Assembly: GCA_021813145.1 (NCBI GenBank)
Contig: JAKALS010000003.1
Location: 6,114-70,113 of the forward strand
Direction: 5' to 3'
From: a bacterium
GTDB lineage: Bacteria > Patescibacteriota > Microgenomatia > Levybacterales > UBA12049
DNA length: 64,000 nucleotides
Below the pieces are notes generated by a model, which was not told where the DNA came from, did not search any database, and saw only the letters and a program-made list of their open reading frames with translations. Below are positions 40,905 to 49,613 of this stretch, in pieces (the stretch's first letter is position 1; every line of letters begins with the position of its first letter). The translations under genes and the position numbers were made by a program.

Positions 40905-42311
40905 TTATCTGCCATTTTTAAGCGGGTTTATAAAATCTATACTTGTAAAAAGTAGTAAAAGTGCAATTATTCCCGCATTTTTTGTTCTGTCTTTCAATTT
41001 TTGAACCTCTGCTATTTTTTTCTTCCTTTCTTCAAATTTGTCATCGGTTTCTCCCTTTTCTTGTTTAGGCGCTTCTGCAAGAATACCGCTTAATGCTTTT
41101 TCCAAATTCCCAACCCTAAAAGCCTCTCTTATGGCGGTTGCATGTTCTGTTGTTATTTTTCCGGAAGAAAGAAGCTCCCAATACTCATTAGTTATTGTAT
41201 CTATACCTTTTCCACCCGTTAGATCAAATAGCATTTGAATCTCTTCAAGAGGAGCTTTTTGAGCTTGAAATCCCGTAAGCCTAAGGCTAACTTCTTCCTT
41301 TTGTTTTTCAAGCTTAAGCCTTAAATCTTCCGCTAAGCCTTCCCGCTCCAGACTTTTATCAATTTCTTCAAGAAGTTTTTTTGTCTCCTCGATGCTCTTA
41401 TTTGCGTTTGCCAGGTTTTGGGCTACTGTTTCGGGATCTATATCCTGTCCGCTTGTTATTATTTTCACAAGGGCTTGTCCGTCTATTACCGTTTTTCCCG
41501 CTGCGATTTCCCGGATTCCGGTCAAACTTTGTATTTGTGACTGCTCTTCCGGCGTTAATTCTTTTCCGTCTTCGGGTTTTGGCATCTGGGAGTCTATAAA
41601 CGCTTCGATATCGGAGCTTGTTATAAAACCGGCAGCTTGAGCTGCTTCTTCTATTGTTTTTTGTGTTTTATCTAAATCTACTCCCTCCCCGAAAAATTGT
41701 TCTTCCGCCCGCTGAGCATTTTCACCGTCCGAGAACTGTGATGCATAATATTCGAAAACTGTTTTTGCAGCTCCTTCAAATTCTCCGGAAATCCTTTCCT
41801 GTTCGGAAGCAACCTGTCCGTCAATAAGCCTGTCTATCGGGATCTCTAGATTTGCGCTGTTGTCCATTGACTGGACAATTCCTATTTCCAAACCGTTTTT
41901 ATTCGCAAAGCCTACAAGCCTTGTTACCCTAATTGTTGTTCCGGAGTCGGTTTTTACAAAAAGGGGTTTTCCTTTTGTTATCTCAATTGTGGTCGGCTTT
42001 TGGGTATTTGGATCTTTGAAGAAACTTCCCTCTCCGTCTCCGAGCGCTTTAGCATCTCCTCTCATCTCAACAAGCTTTTTAAGCACAATTATATGGCCTT
42101 GTCCGTCTGCTTCTAGTTGTTCGTCCGTTTTGGATGTTGCAGCCAAGGTTTCAACAAGCCTTCGGCCTACAATTTCGGCATCTTTTTTAGCTCCATTTAT
42201 CCAGTTTCTTTGTTCTTGTTGTTTTGTTGTTTCTGAAGGGAGTGGAGTAGGAGCTTGTTCTTGGTGGGCTGCCGTTTCGGAAGGAGGCAGCAACGGGCCT
42301 ATTTCACTCAT
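40905..42311 (-). CDS. Acidic coiled-coil hypothetical protein with C-terminal TM anchor
   Basis: Start set at ATG 42311 (MSEIGPLLPP). Glu/Lys-rich helices; ends AGIIALLLLFTSIDFINPLK. Confidence 0.8.
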   Translation of the reverse strand: MSEIGPLLPPSETAAHQEQAPTPLPSETTKQQEQRNWINGAKKDAEIVGRRLVETLAATSKTDEQLEADGQGHIIVLKKLVEMRGDAKALGDGEGSFFKDPNTQKPTTIEITKGKPLFVKTDSGTTIRVTRLVGFANKNGLEIGIVQSMDNSANLEIPIDRLIDGQVASEQERISGEFEGAAKTVFEYYASQFSDGENAQRAEEQFFGEGVDLDKTQKTIEEAAQAAGFITSSDIEAFIDSQMPKPEDGKELTPEEQSQIQSLTGIREIAAGKTVIDGQALVKIITSGQDIDPETVAQNLANANKSIEETKKLLEEIDKSLEREGLAEDLRLKLEKQKEEVSLRLTGFQAQKAPLEEIQMLFDLTGGKGIDTITNEYWELLSSGKITTEHATAIREAFRVGNLEKALSGILAEAPKQEKGETDDKFEERKKKIAEVQKLKDRTKNAGIIALLLLFTSIDFINPLKNGR

Positions 42312-42359
42312 GAGATTATAGTAGTTGAAATATTTTGTCAAATCAACTAATAATAAATT

Positions 42360-45254
42360 ATGGCCGAGGCAACAGCAGCGGATGTTCATGTTATAACCGA
42401 GAAGGGACGTTCCCCGGTGGAGCCTTCAACTGGATCGCAACCGGCAGTTCAACCGGAGGGTCCGAGAGTCCAGATCCCAAGACACGAAGTGAGAGAAGGT
42501 TTAATGGGACTTCCTGCAATGGGTCCCGGAAATAGGAGCGTAACGGAAGGAGTACGACCCTCGGAAACGGTTGTTCTAAAATCGGAAGTTGTTACGGGTC
42601 TTCAGGATTTTGCTATTGCCTATGCGCAAAAATTAATTGACATGCAGGGTCTTGAGGTTATGGTAGGCGGAAATAAGGTAAATGCCTATGATGCCATGAA
42701 ACGGCAGCAGTCCGCCCTTGGCATCTCCTATTTAGAAGATGAAGCGCTGCTGGCATCTTTTACGGAGGATAATAACGGAAAAAGGCAATTAAAATCTCCC
42801 GATCAGGTAAGGGAAATTATTTCCTCTCATCCGCAAATGATGGAAAATATAATGGTTGTTGCAGAAAGATACGCAAGGGACACGCTGGCTGCCTTAGGGT
42901 TAAGGGCGCAGATGCAAAGACCCGGTTCGAGAACCGACCTCCGTGACGTAGCTGAAATTATTGATTTTCCGACGGACCAGGGAAAAGTGAGAGAAGTTCT
43001 GAATAGGCTAAGCGATGCTTTAAGAAAAAGAGAATCAAGCGGAGGAAGAATCGGGCCTAGAACTTCCCTGCGTGCCGCAATTGAGGACCTTGAGCCGATA
43101 GCCGCAGGAGGAGCAGCTTTTGGTGGCGTATCCGGCTTAATTGTCGGTGGAGCTCTAGGAAGCTTTCCCGGTGCAATAGCAGGAGCGCTTAAAGGAGCGA
43201 CGGCGGGCGCAGCGGGCGGAACAACTCTTGGGGCAACAGTCGGAAGAACATTTAGAGAGGGTCCAAGATTAATATTGACCAAGGACCAAGATATAGCGGG
43301 AGAGGCTGCTAGGGCCGGGGAAGATTTAAGAGCTAAATATTTATTGGATGTGGATCCGATACATCCCGAACGCTCGACGGCAGCGGGAGATGCAAAAAAC
43401 GAGGCTGTTGGAATAATAATGCTTAGATGGGAATATATGGCAAACCTTGGAGTACCAAGAGAAAGAATGGATGCGCTTTCCATAGATTTTTTAAACAATC
43501 CAGATGGTATAAGGCCAGAAGAGTCCAGGCTTAAGCTACAAAACGAAATTTTTCACCGATTTGAAGCGAATGGAGGGATGGCGGGAGGTCTTACTCCCAC
43601 TCAAAGGAGAGACATATATAGAAATTCACAGCAGGAGGCAATAATGGGAAGGTTTGGAGATTATTTTAGAGAAAGACAGCGGGAAGGAAGGGACAGGGGA
43701 CAACTTTTGGCAGATGCAATTACCGCAAGGGGAGAAGGCGGAACAGCTTTAAGATCGAGAATATCAGGAGCCGAGGAAGAACAGCAAAAACTTCAGGCGG
43801 ACAAAGCAAGCCTTGAGGGGAATGGGCAGTCAGTTGCCGGGTATAGGGGTAAAGTAAAAGAAGTAGAAACCGCGAAGTCGGATCTTTCGGAATTGGTAAG
43901 CAGAACGGTTGTTCCCGGTGCTGCCGCTTTTGCATCGGCGGAAGATGCAATAGGCGCAATAGAAAGGACAATTTCCGATACGGGGGGGCCTGCAAATATT
44001 ACAATTTTCCTCGACGGTCGAAGCCATAATATAGGAAATATTGCACAAAGGGAGCAGGCGGCAGATGCCGCTTTCGTAAGCGAACAGACAAGAATTGCAG
44101 GACTTCCTCCTAAAGCTCAGGATAAAGCAATAGAAGCAGCAAATAATATGTATGAGAGGAGAATGAGGCCTATACATGAAGATTCTCAAAAATTAGATCA
44201 GGCAATTTTAAAAATAAAGGAATTAAGTCAAAGGGCAAAAGCCCTGGAGGAGCATGCTTTAGCGTCTCCGGAGGTTACGGCGGGCGCTAAAATAACAGAG
44301 GATATTGCAGCTGCCGAAACAACTCTTACGGGATGGGGTATCCCTCAGACTACAATTGATGCCGGTGATTATGCGGCAATTTTAGCAGCGGTAAATACGC
44401 AGAATGCGGCTAATCCCGCTAACGGTTGGCCGGAAAGTGAAGACCGTGTTGCAGAAAATAGGCTTATGGTAAGAAGAGCAATCGTCCAGGCAAGGGCCAG
44501 AGAAGCAGAAAGGAATGATGCGGCTCTGGGGCCAATGGAAGCAGATTTTAACACTGTCCATGCAAGAGGTATAACAGTTGAACAGTTGACAATTTTAAAT
44601 TTAGACGAACTTGAGAGGAGAAATGTTGCCGCAGGCGCTCCGGTAGCCGGAGCAAGAGCGGAAGCTGAACGAGCCCAGGCTTGGGCAAAAGGAAAACTGA
44701 AATATTTAGAGGATTCCATTAAAGAAGAAAACAGCAGAATTCAAACAGCAGAATCGGCCCAGGCAAGAATTATCAGGAATGTCGATATGGCGACAGAGAT
44801 AGCCCAACTTACAATGGTAAAGGAGATATATGATAACAGAGGCAGAGTTAAATCAAAGGCAGCAGAGGCATACTTTTTGAGTGATCAAAGAGCCGTCCTT
44901 GAGGATGTAGGACACGTTACGGCAGGAAGAGAAGGGTACACGGCTGCGGAACAAGCTTCAAATCTTCCAAGGAACGTGTTGGAAGTTTTAAATATATTAA
45001 CCGATTATCAGAATGCCGCCGATAGAAACGGAGCTTTTCAGCAGATTTGGAAAAATCTGGGCTCTAACCCCGACCTTTTAATGACAAGACTGGAAAATGC
45101 ATTCGGAGTAAGAAGCAGAGATATTGATGCCTTTGCAAGAAGACTCAGGAATCAATTAAGAACAAGGGCTACAGCAGGCTCGGATTTTGGTAGAACGGTT
45201 GGCGAAAATGCCGTAAACGAATTTACTGAATGGGGGCTTAGTATAAGTACATGA
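42360..45254 (+). CDS. Large Ala/Arg-rich helical hypothetical protein with glycine zipper
   Basis: 964-aa ORF containing GGAAFGGVSGLIVGGALGSFPGAIAGALKGATAGAAGG; coiled-coil segments. Confidence 0.82.
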   Translation: MAEATAADVHVITEKGRSPVEPSTGSQPAVQPEGPRVQIPRHEVREGLMGLPAMGPGNRSVTEGVRPSETVVLKSEVVTGLQDFAIAYAQKLIDMQGLEVMVGGNKVNAYDAMKRQQSALGISYLEDEALLASFTEDNNGKRQLKSPDQVREIISSHPQMMENIMVVAERYARDTLAALGLRAQMQRPGSRTDLRDVAEIIDFPTDQGKVREVLNRLSDALRKRESSGGRIGPRTSLRAAIEDLEPIAAGGAAFGGVSGLIVGGALGSFPGAIAGALKGATAGAAGGTTLGATVGRTFREGPRLILTKDQDIAGEAARAGEDLRAKYLLDVDPIHPERSTAAGDAKNEAVGIIMLRWEYMANLGVPRERMDALSIDFLNNPDGIRPEESRLKLQNEIFHRFEANGGMAGGLTPTQRRDIYRNSQQEAIMGRFGDYFRERQREGRDRGQLLADAITARGEGGTALRSRISGAEEEQQKLQADKASLEGNGQSVAGYRGKVKEVETAKSDLSELVSRTVVPGAAAFASAEDAIGAIERTISDTGGPANITIFLDGRSHNIGNIAQREQAADAAFVSEQTRIAGLPPKAQDKAIEAANNMYERRMRPIHEDSQKLDQAILKIKELSQRAKALEEHALASPEVTAGAKITEDIAAAETTLTGWGIPQTTIDAGDYAAILAAVNTQNAANPANGWPESEDRVAENRLMVRRAIVQARAREAERNDAALGPMEADFNTVHARGITVEQLTILNLDELERRNVAAGAPVAGARAEAERAQAWAKGKLKYLEDSIKEENSRIQTAESAQARIIRNVDMATEIAQLTMVKEIYDNRGRVKSKAAEAYFLSDQRAVLEDVGHVTAGREGYTAAEQASNLPRNVLEVLNILTDYQNAADRNGAFQQIWKNLGSNPDLLMTRLENAFGVRSRDIDAFARRLRNQLRTRATAGSDFGRTVGENAVNEFTEWGLSIST

Positions 45255-45625
45255 AAAACTTTGACATAAAAACAATAATTAATTTTCTTCCTTTTCCGAG
45301 TGATTTTAAACTCGATCTCTTGGAAAGGTATGAGTCAATGGGCCCGGATGAAAAAGCAAGAACCACGGATTTAATTTGGGAGGCGTTTTATTTAGTTTAT
45401 GACATCAAAATTAGAGAAAATTTTGATAAATTGCTTGCTGAGGTGGATGAAAAAGGAGAAAAACCGGATGAAAAGTTTTATGGGAAAGTTGTTGAAAAGA
45501 CAGATAAAGAAATAGAAGACGCGCTAACAAATTCTTCGGAATCAGTCGATTTAACAGAAGCCCGAAAAAGCATGGAGATGATAATAAAAGAAATTAACGC
45601 GTCTAAGGTTTCCCCAAAGAATTGA
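45251..45625 (+). CDS. Small acidic helical hypothetical protein
   Basis: 124 aa; ATGA overlap with the upstream 964-aa gene. Confidence 0.75.
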   Translation: MKNFDIKTIINFLPFPSDFKLDLLERYESMGPDEKARTTDLIWEAFYLVYDIKIRENFDKLLAEVDEKGEKPDEKFYGKVVEKTDKEIEDALTNSSESVDLTEARKSMEMIIKEINASKVSPKN

Positions 45626-47413
45626 TTATCTGCTGGTTCTTAGTGCGTTTATAATAACGGCAACGTCTATCGCTTCCTGCAAAAATGCTCCCCCGATGGG
45701 AGGGACCAAGCCAAAAGAAGCAAAAACCATACCTAAAATACTTAATCCTATTCCGAAAAATATACTTTGTTTTGCTATTGCAATTGTCCTTTTTGCGATA
45801 TTTAAGGATTCGACTACAAGGGAGAAATTTCCTCCCAGAAAAACAATATCGGCAGCTTCCGAGGCTGCGGTTTGTTCTTCGTTTGAAAAAACCATCCCGA
45901 CATCTGCGAGAGCAAGAGCAGGAGCATCGTTTATTCCGTCACCTACCATCGCGGTTACTTTTCCTTCTTTTTTGAGCTTTTGTATTCCTTTTTGTTTGTC
46001 TTCGGGCGTGCACTCGGCATTTATTACAACGTCAAGTCCCAGTTGTTTTACCATTTTTTCAGCAGCTTCTTTTTTATCGCCCGTGAATATATAAAGTTCA
46101 AATCCCCAGCTTTTAAGATTTTGTATTATTGTTTTTGATTCTTGTTTTACCTCGTCTTCAAATCTGAAAACTGCAAGAAGCGTTTTTCCTTCGTATATGC
46201 CTATAGACATTCCTTCTTTGCTTTCAAGTTTTGCCAGTTTGTATCTTTTTCCCTCAACGGTACCCATTATTCCCTGGCCCACCTTTTCTTCTATATTTTC
46301 AGCGTGTATTACTTTGGAGTGCTTATCTTTTGCAAAATTCACTATGGCTTTTGCCAGAGGGTGTAAAGAATTCCTCTCTATAGCCTCAGAAACCGCAAGA
46401 AGGTCAAGGTCTTTTTCTTTACTATTGTTTAGGAATTCAACAACCCTCGGTTTGCCCAATGTGATTGTTCCCGTTTTGTCAAAAATTAGAGCTTTTGCCC
46501 TGGATAATACTTCTACAGCGGCGAGCTTTTTGACAATTATGTTCTTTTTTGACGCCGAATTAACACCGCCTAAAAGAGCTATTGGTGTTGCGATTATTAA
46601 AGGACATGGAGTTGCAATTACCAAGACCGAAAGCGCTCTCGTTAAGTCGAAACCGGAAAATACATAGGCAAAAGCGGTAATGACCAGGGTAATAACGGTA
46701 AAAATACCGCTATATTTGTCGGCCATTCTTATAAAAGGGGATTTTTCATCCTGGGCTTTTTTTACAAGATCGATAATTTTCTTATAGCCGGAATCGGATT
46801 CTGCTTTTGTAACTTTTACTATTATCGCATCACCCACATTTACGGTTCCGCTTCTTATTGGATCTCCTTTTATTTTTTCAACAGTATAGGGTTCTCCGGT
46901 TAAGGAAGATTCGTCGGCAAACCCCGCTTCGGATTCGAGTATTCCGTCAAGGGCTATTACTTCTCCGCGCCGTACCAGTATAAAATCTCCTACCTTGACT
47001 TTTCCTATGCTTATTTTTGCACCGGCTTTTTTGTTTTCCCACAAAACTACCTGGTCCGGAATCCTTTCGGCAAGCTTTGTAAGGGATTTTTTAGCCTGCG
47101 CTATACCGTAATCTTCAAGCGTTCTTCCGCTTTCTATCATCAACGCCAGAATAGCGGCTACTATATACTCTCCTGTTATAAGAGAAACGGCAATTGCAAG
47201 AATAGCTATATAATCAAGAGCAAAATTCTTCTTTAAAAGGCCTTCTATGGATTCTTTTATAAGCCTGAAGCTGCCCAATAAAGTAACAACAACGGCAACT
47301 ACAACGGCAGGAAATTTAAAGCCAAGAAGCTCAAGGGCAATATAGACAAAAATTCCCACTAAAATAACAAGCGGGATTTTAAAAGTTTTGAGCAAGGAGA
47401 TCTTTTTGTTCAT
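45626..47413 (-). CDS. Heavy-metal P1B-type ATPase (P1B-5-like)
   Basis: SLTGEP, ATPCP, DKTGT, HP, GDGINDAPAL and QEAID. Confidence 0.93.
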   Translation of the reverse strand: MNKKISLLKTFKIPLVILVGIFVYIALELLGFKFPAVVVAVVVTLLGSFRLIKESIEGLLKKNFALDYIAILAIAVSLITGEYIVAAILALMIESGRTLEDYGIAQAKKSLTKLAERIPDQVVLWENKKAGAKISIGKVKVGDFILVRRGEVIALDGILESEAGFADESSLTGEPYTVEKIKGDPIRSGTVNVGDAIIVKVTKAESDSGYKKIIDLVKKAQDEKSPFIRMADKYSGIFTVITLVITAFAYVFSGFDLTRALSVLVIATPCPLIIATPIALLGGVNSASKKNIIVKKLAAVEVLSRAKALIFDKTGTITLGKPRVVEFLNNSKEKDLDLLAVSEAIERNSLHPLAKAIVNFAKDKHSKVIHAENIEEKVGQGIMGTVEGKRYKLAKLESKEGMSIGIYEGKTLLAVFRFEDEVKQESKTIIQNLKSWGFELYIFTGDKKEAAEKMVKQLGLDVVINAECTPEDKQKGIQKLKKEGKVTAMVGDGINDAPALALADVGMVFSNEEQTAASEAADIVFLGGNFSLVVESLNIAKRTIAIAKQSIFFGIGLSILGMVFASFGLVPPIGGAFLQEAIDVAVIINALRTSR

Positions 47414-47420
47414 TTTGGTG

Positions 47421-47510
47421 CGGAGGAGGTGGGATTCGAACCCACGCGAGCTTTTTAGAGCTCAAGGGTTTAGCAAACCCTCGCAATGGACCTAGCTATG
47501 CGACTCCTCC
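47421..47510 (-). tRNA. tRNA-Ser(GCU)
   Basis: Acceptor GGAGGAG/CTCCTCC, anticodon arm AGGGT-TTGCTAA-ACCCT, long variable arm. Confidence 0.95.
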
Positions 47511-47534
47511 TTCTAGGTCCTCCAATTATACCAT

Positions 47535-48101
47535 TTAAAGGTCAAAATCGTATGAGTATATTTTACCCGGTGTGTGTTCAAAAGAGCACATTTCGTCCAC
47601 GGACAAGTGCTCAAAATACCTTCTCATTGGCCTAAGCGAATTTCCGTGAGCGGAAATAAAGACAACGTCGTTTTCTTTAAAGGTAGGAAGAACATCGTTA
47701 AGAAACTCAAGGACTCTTTTTTCCACCATCTGTATGCTTTCGCCTCCGGGCGGTGCAACATCGTAAGAGCGGTGCCAGAGCTTATAAAGTTCGGGATTCT
47801 CTTTTTCTACTTCGTCTTTATTTTTTCCCGTAAGATCTCCATAGTCCCTTTCCTTAATTCTTGCGTCCGTAGTTATTTCTACATTTTTATGCCAGGGGTT
47901 TAATACGAGATCAAGAGTATGCTGCGAGCGGATAAGATCTGACTGGTAAGCTTTTGTGACTTTCTCATTTTTCAGTTTTTCGCCTATACCCTTGGCCTCT
48001 TCCATTCCTTCGGAAGTTAAGTCCGTTTGCCTAAAACCGGAGAAGGTATGTTCTTTATTGTCGAGCGTCTGACCGTGGCGGAATATAAAGATTTTGGCCA
48101 T
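47535..48101 (-). CDS. Histidine phosphatase family / cofactor-dependent phosphoglycerate mutase
   Basis: RHGQT, ERDYGDLTGKNK, RSYDVAPPGGES and SAHGNSLR. Start set at ATG 48101. Confidence 0.88.
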   Translation of the reverse strand: MAKIFIFRHGQTLDNKEHTFSGFRQTDLTSEGMEEAKGIGEKLKNEKVTKAYQSDLIRSQHTLDLVLNPWHKNVEITTDARIKERDYGDLTGKNKDEVEKENPELYKLWHRSYDVAPPGGESIQMVEKRVLEFLNDVLPTFKENDVVFISAHGNSLRPMRRYFEHLSVDEMCSFEHTPGKIYSYDFDL

Positions 48102-48105
48102 AAAG

Positions 48106-48140
48106 CCAGTATATAGTATATTGTTTCCAGTATCCAGTAT
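48106..48140. repeat. Degenerate heptamer array (consensus CCAGTAT)x5 overlapping a promoter
   Basis: ccagtat atagtat attgttt ccagtat ccagtat; contains a minus-strand TATACT 6 nt before ATG 48101. Confidence 0.8.
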
Positions 48141-48157
48141 AAGCCAAACCTGGCACG

Positions 48158-48180
48158 AAAAACCCCGCCTTAGGCGGGGT
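48158..48180 (-). terminator. Intrinsic terminator of ssrA
   Basis: Minus-strand hairpin with arms ACCCCGCC and GGCGGGGT, followed by a T run, 5 nt after the tmRNA 3' end. Confidence 0.8.
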
Positions 48181-48185
48181 AAGTG

Positions 48186-48555
48186 TGGAGATGTCCGAGA
48201 GTGACTCGGAGTCCAAGAAAACAATTTAAAAAAATTCTACAAGCTTATCCGGTTTATTAAAGTCACCCTGCTTCTTTCCAACCGGAGGGAAACGAAACAA
48301 AGCCAAGGTTTGATAAGTTCAAATAAGGAACAAACCCTTTTCCTTATTGTTCTCCCGGCTAAAGTTATGCCTTAAAAGTTCCACCGAGAAAGAGCTTAAA
48401 AGACAGATCGATAAGCTTAAGCATTTAATGCATAAGCGAATTGACCGCCAGAATATGAATTTCTAGCATTTATATTTTGATTATGTTTTACGGCTGTTAA
48501 TCAAAGCCGGCTTGCGTTTTTTAAAGAGCGAATCTTGTCGATGCGATGCATCCCC
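48186..48555 (-). ncRNA. ssrA: tmRNA; tag peptide (A)ARNSYSGGQFAYALNA
   Basis: 5' GGGGATG pairs with 3' CATCTCC-A (G3.U70); ATAAAT-GCT resume context; tag ORF at 48467-48417; adjacent to smpB. Confidence 0.93.
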
Positions 48556-48566
48556 AATTGCCATGA

Positions 48567-48596
48567 ATTATACCAAAATTGAATTCAAAATGTCAA
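48567..48596 (-). promoter_or_regulatory. ssrA promoter
   Basis: TTGACA-18-TATAAT, consensus at both boxes, on the minus strand. Confidence 0.85.
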
Positions 48597-48599
48597 GTT

Positions 48600-49040
48600 C
48601 TAGCCTCGGCTTCCAAGTTCATGTTCGAGCTCTCTTTGGATATCCTTTTTCTTTATGGACTGCCTTTTTTCATATTTTTTCTTCCCTTTTCCGAGTCCTA
48701 ACTCTACTTTTATAAAGTGGTTTTTTGTATATAGTGAAATAGGTACAACGCTCAGGTTTTCGCCCTCCATTTTGGACTTTAAAGACAGGATTTCTTTTTT
48801 ATGTAACAAAAGTTTTCTTGTTCTTCTCTCGTCGTATCCTTCGGTTCTGGCATTTTGGTAAGGAAAAACTTTAGAGTTTACCAGATATGCCTCGCTTCCT
48901 ATTATTTTTACAAAGCTCCCGCTGATATCTGCCTGTCCGAGCCTTATTGCTTTTACTTCCGAACCCGAAAGGTTTATTCCGGCCTCAAAACGGTTTGTTA
49001 TTTCGTAATCGTAAAATGCTTTTCTGTTTGTTATTTTCAT
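48600..49040 (-). CDS. smpB: SsrA-binding protein
   Basis: NRKAFYDY, EAGINLSGSEVKAIR, RKLLLHKKEI and GKGKKKYEKR. Start set at ATG 49040. Confidence 0.96.
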   Translation of the reverse strand: MKITNRKAFYDYEITNRFEAGINLSGSEVKAIRLGQADISGSFVKIIGSEAYLVNSKVFPYQNARTEGYDERRTRKLLLHKKEILSLKSKMEGENLSVVPISLYTKNHFIKVELGLGKGKKKYEKRQSIKKKDIQRELEHELGSRG

Positions 49041-49118
49041 ATTTGAGCAACTCAATAATACCACATACTCAAATCTTCCTATTGCTAAAAGGAACTCTTT
49101 TAGATTATAAATATCTAA

Positions 49119-49613
49119 ATGGCATTCCCTGAAGCCCTTATTCATTCAGTCTCCCCGAACGAATACATGGATTTTCAGGTTCTTCTTGAGAACAAAAGAC
49201 AAACGGCTTTGGCTTTTTATCAAAAAAGTGAGTTTCCGGATATCCTCAAAAAAACGGAAGCTTTGCTTAACGGTTCCGTAATAGAGGGAAGGGAGGGCCT
49301 TGGAAGTGAGCTTATTGAAGACCTGGGCTGGCCTCTTTCGCAAGACAGCGTTGTATTCGGATTTTTTTGGGGAACGGACGACAGGTCAAGGGGCGAACAT
49401 TTAGACAGCGCAATAGGAATAGAGGTAATGCCCGACGGTACCATATACGTACACGGAGGCGGAATAGTCCTTGAAGGAAATATTGATGCCGAGGAGAGTT
49501 TTCCTTTTGGGACGTCTGTTCTTCCGCTTTCTTCATGGCGGGGGAACAGGGAGTTGCAGCTTAAAGCTTTTCAAAAAGCGTACGATTCACCGCGGATAAT
49601 TAATCAGGATTAA
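49119..49613 (+). CDS. Hypothetical protein
   Basis: 164-aa ORF exactly filling the gap, on the opposite strand to both neighbours. Confidence 0.65.
   Translation: MAFPEALIHSVSPNEYMDFQVLLENKRQTALAFYQKSEFPDILKKTEALLNGSVIEGREGLGSELIEDLGWPLSQDSVVFGFFWGTDDRSRGEHLDSAIGIEVMPDGTIYVHGGGIVLEGNIDAEESFPFGTSVLPLSSWRGNRELQLKAFQKAYDSPRIINQD

Noticed and set aside
48158-48180. IS200/IS605-type end hairpin
   Set aside because: No tnpA/tnpB nearby. The position and T tract fit an ssrA terminator.
48102-48224. N-terminal extension of the phosphoglycerate mutase-like ORF
   Set aside because: It runs through the tmRNA 3' end and terminator. ATG 48101 precedes the RHG motif and has a -10 box.
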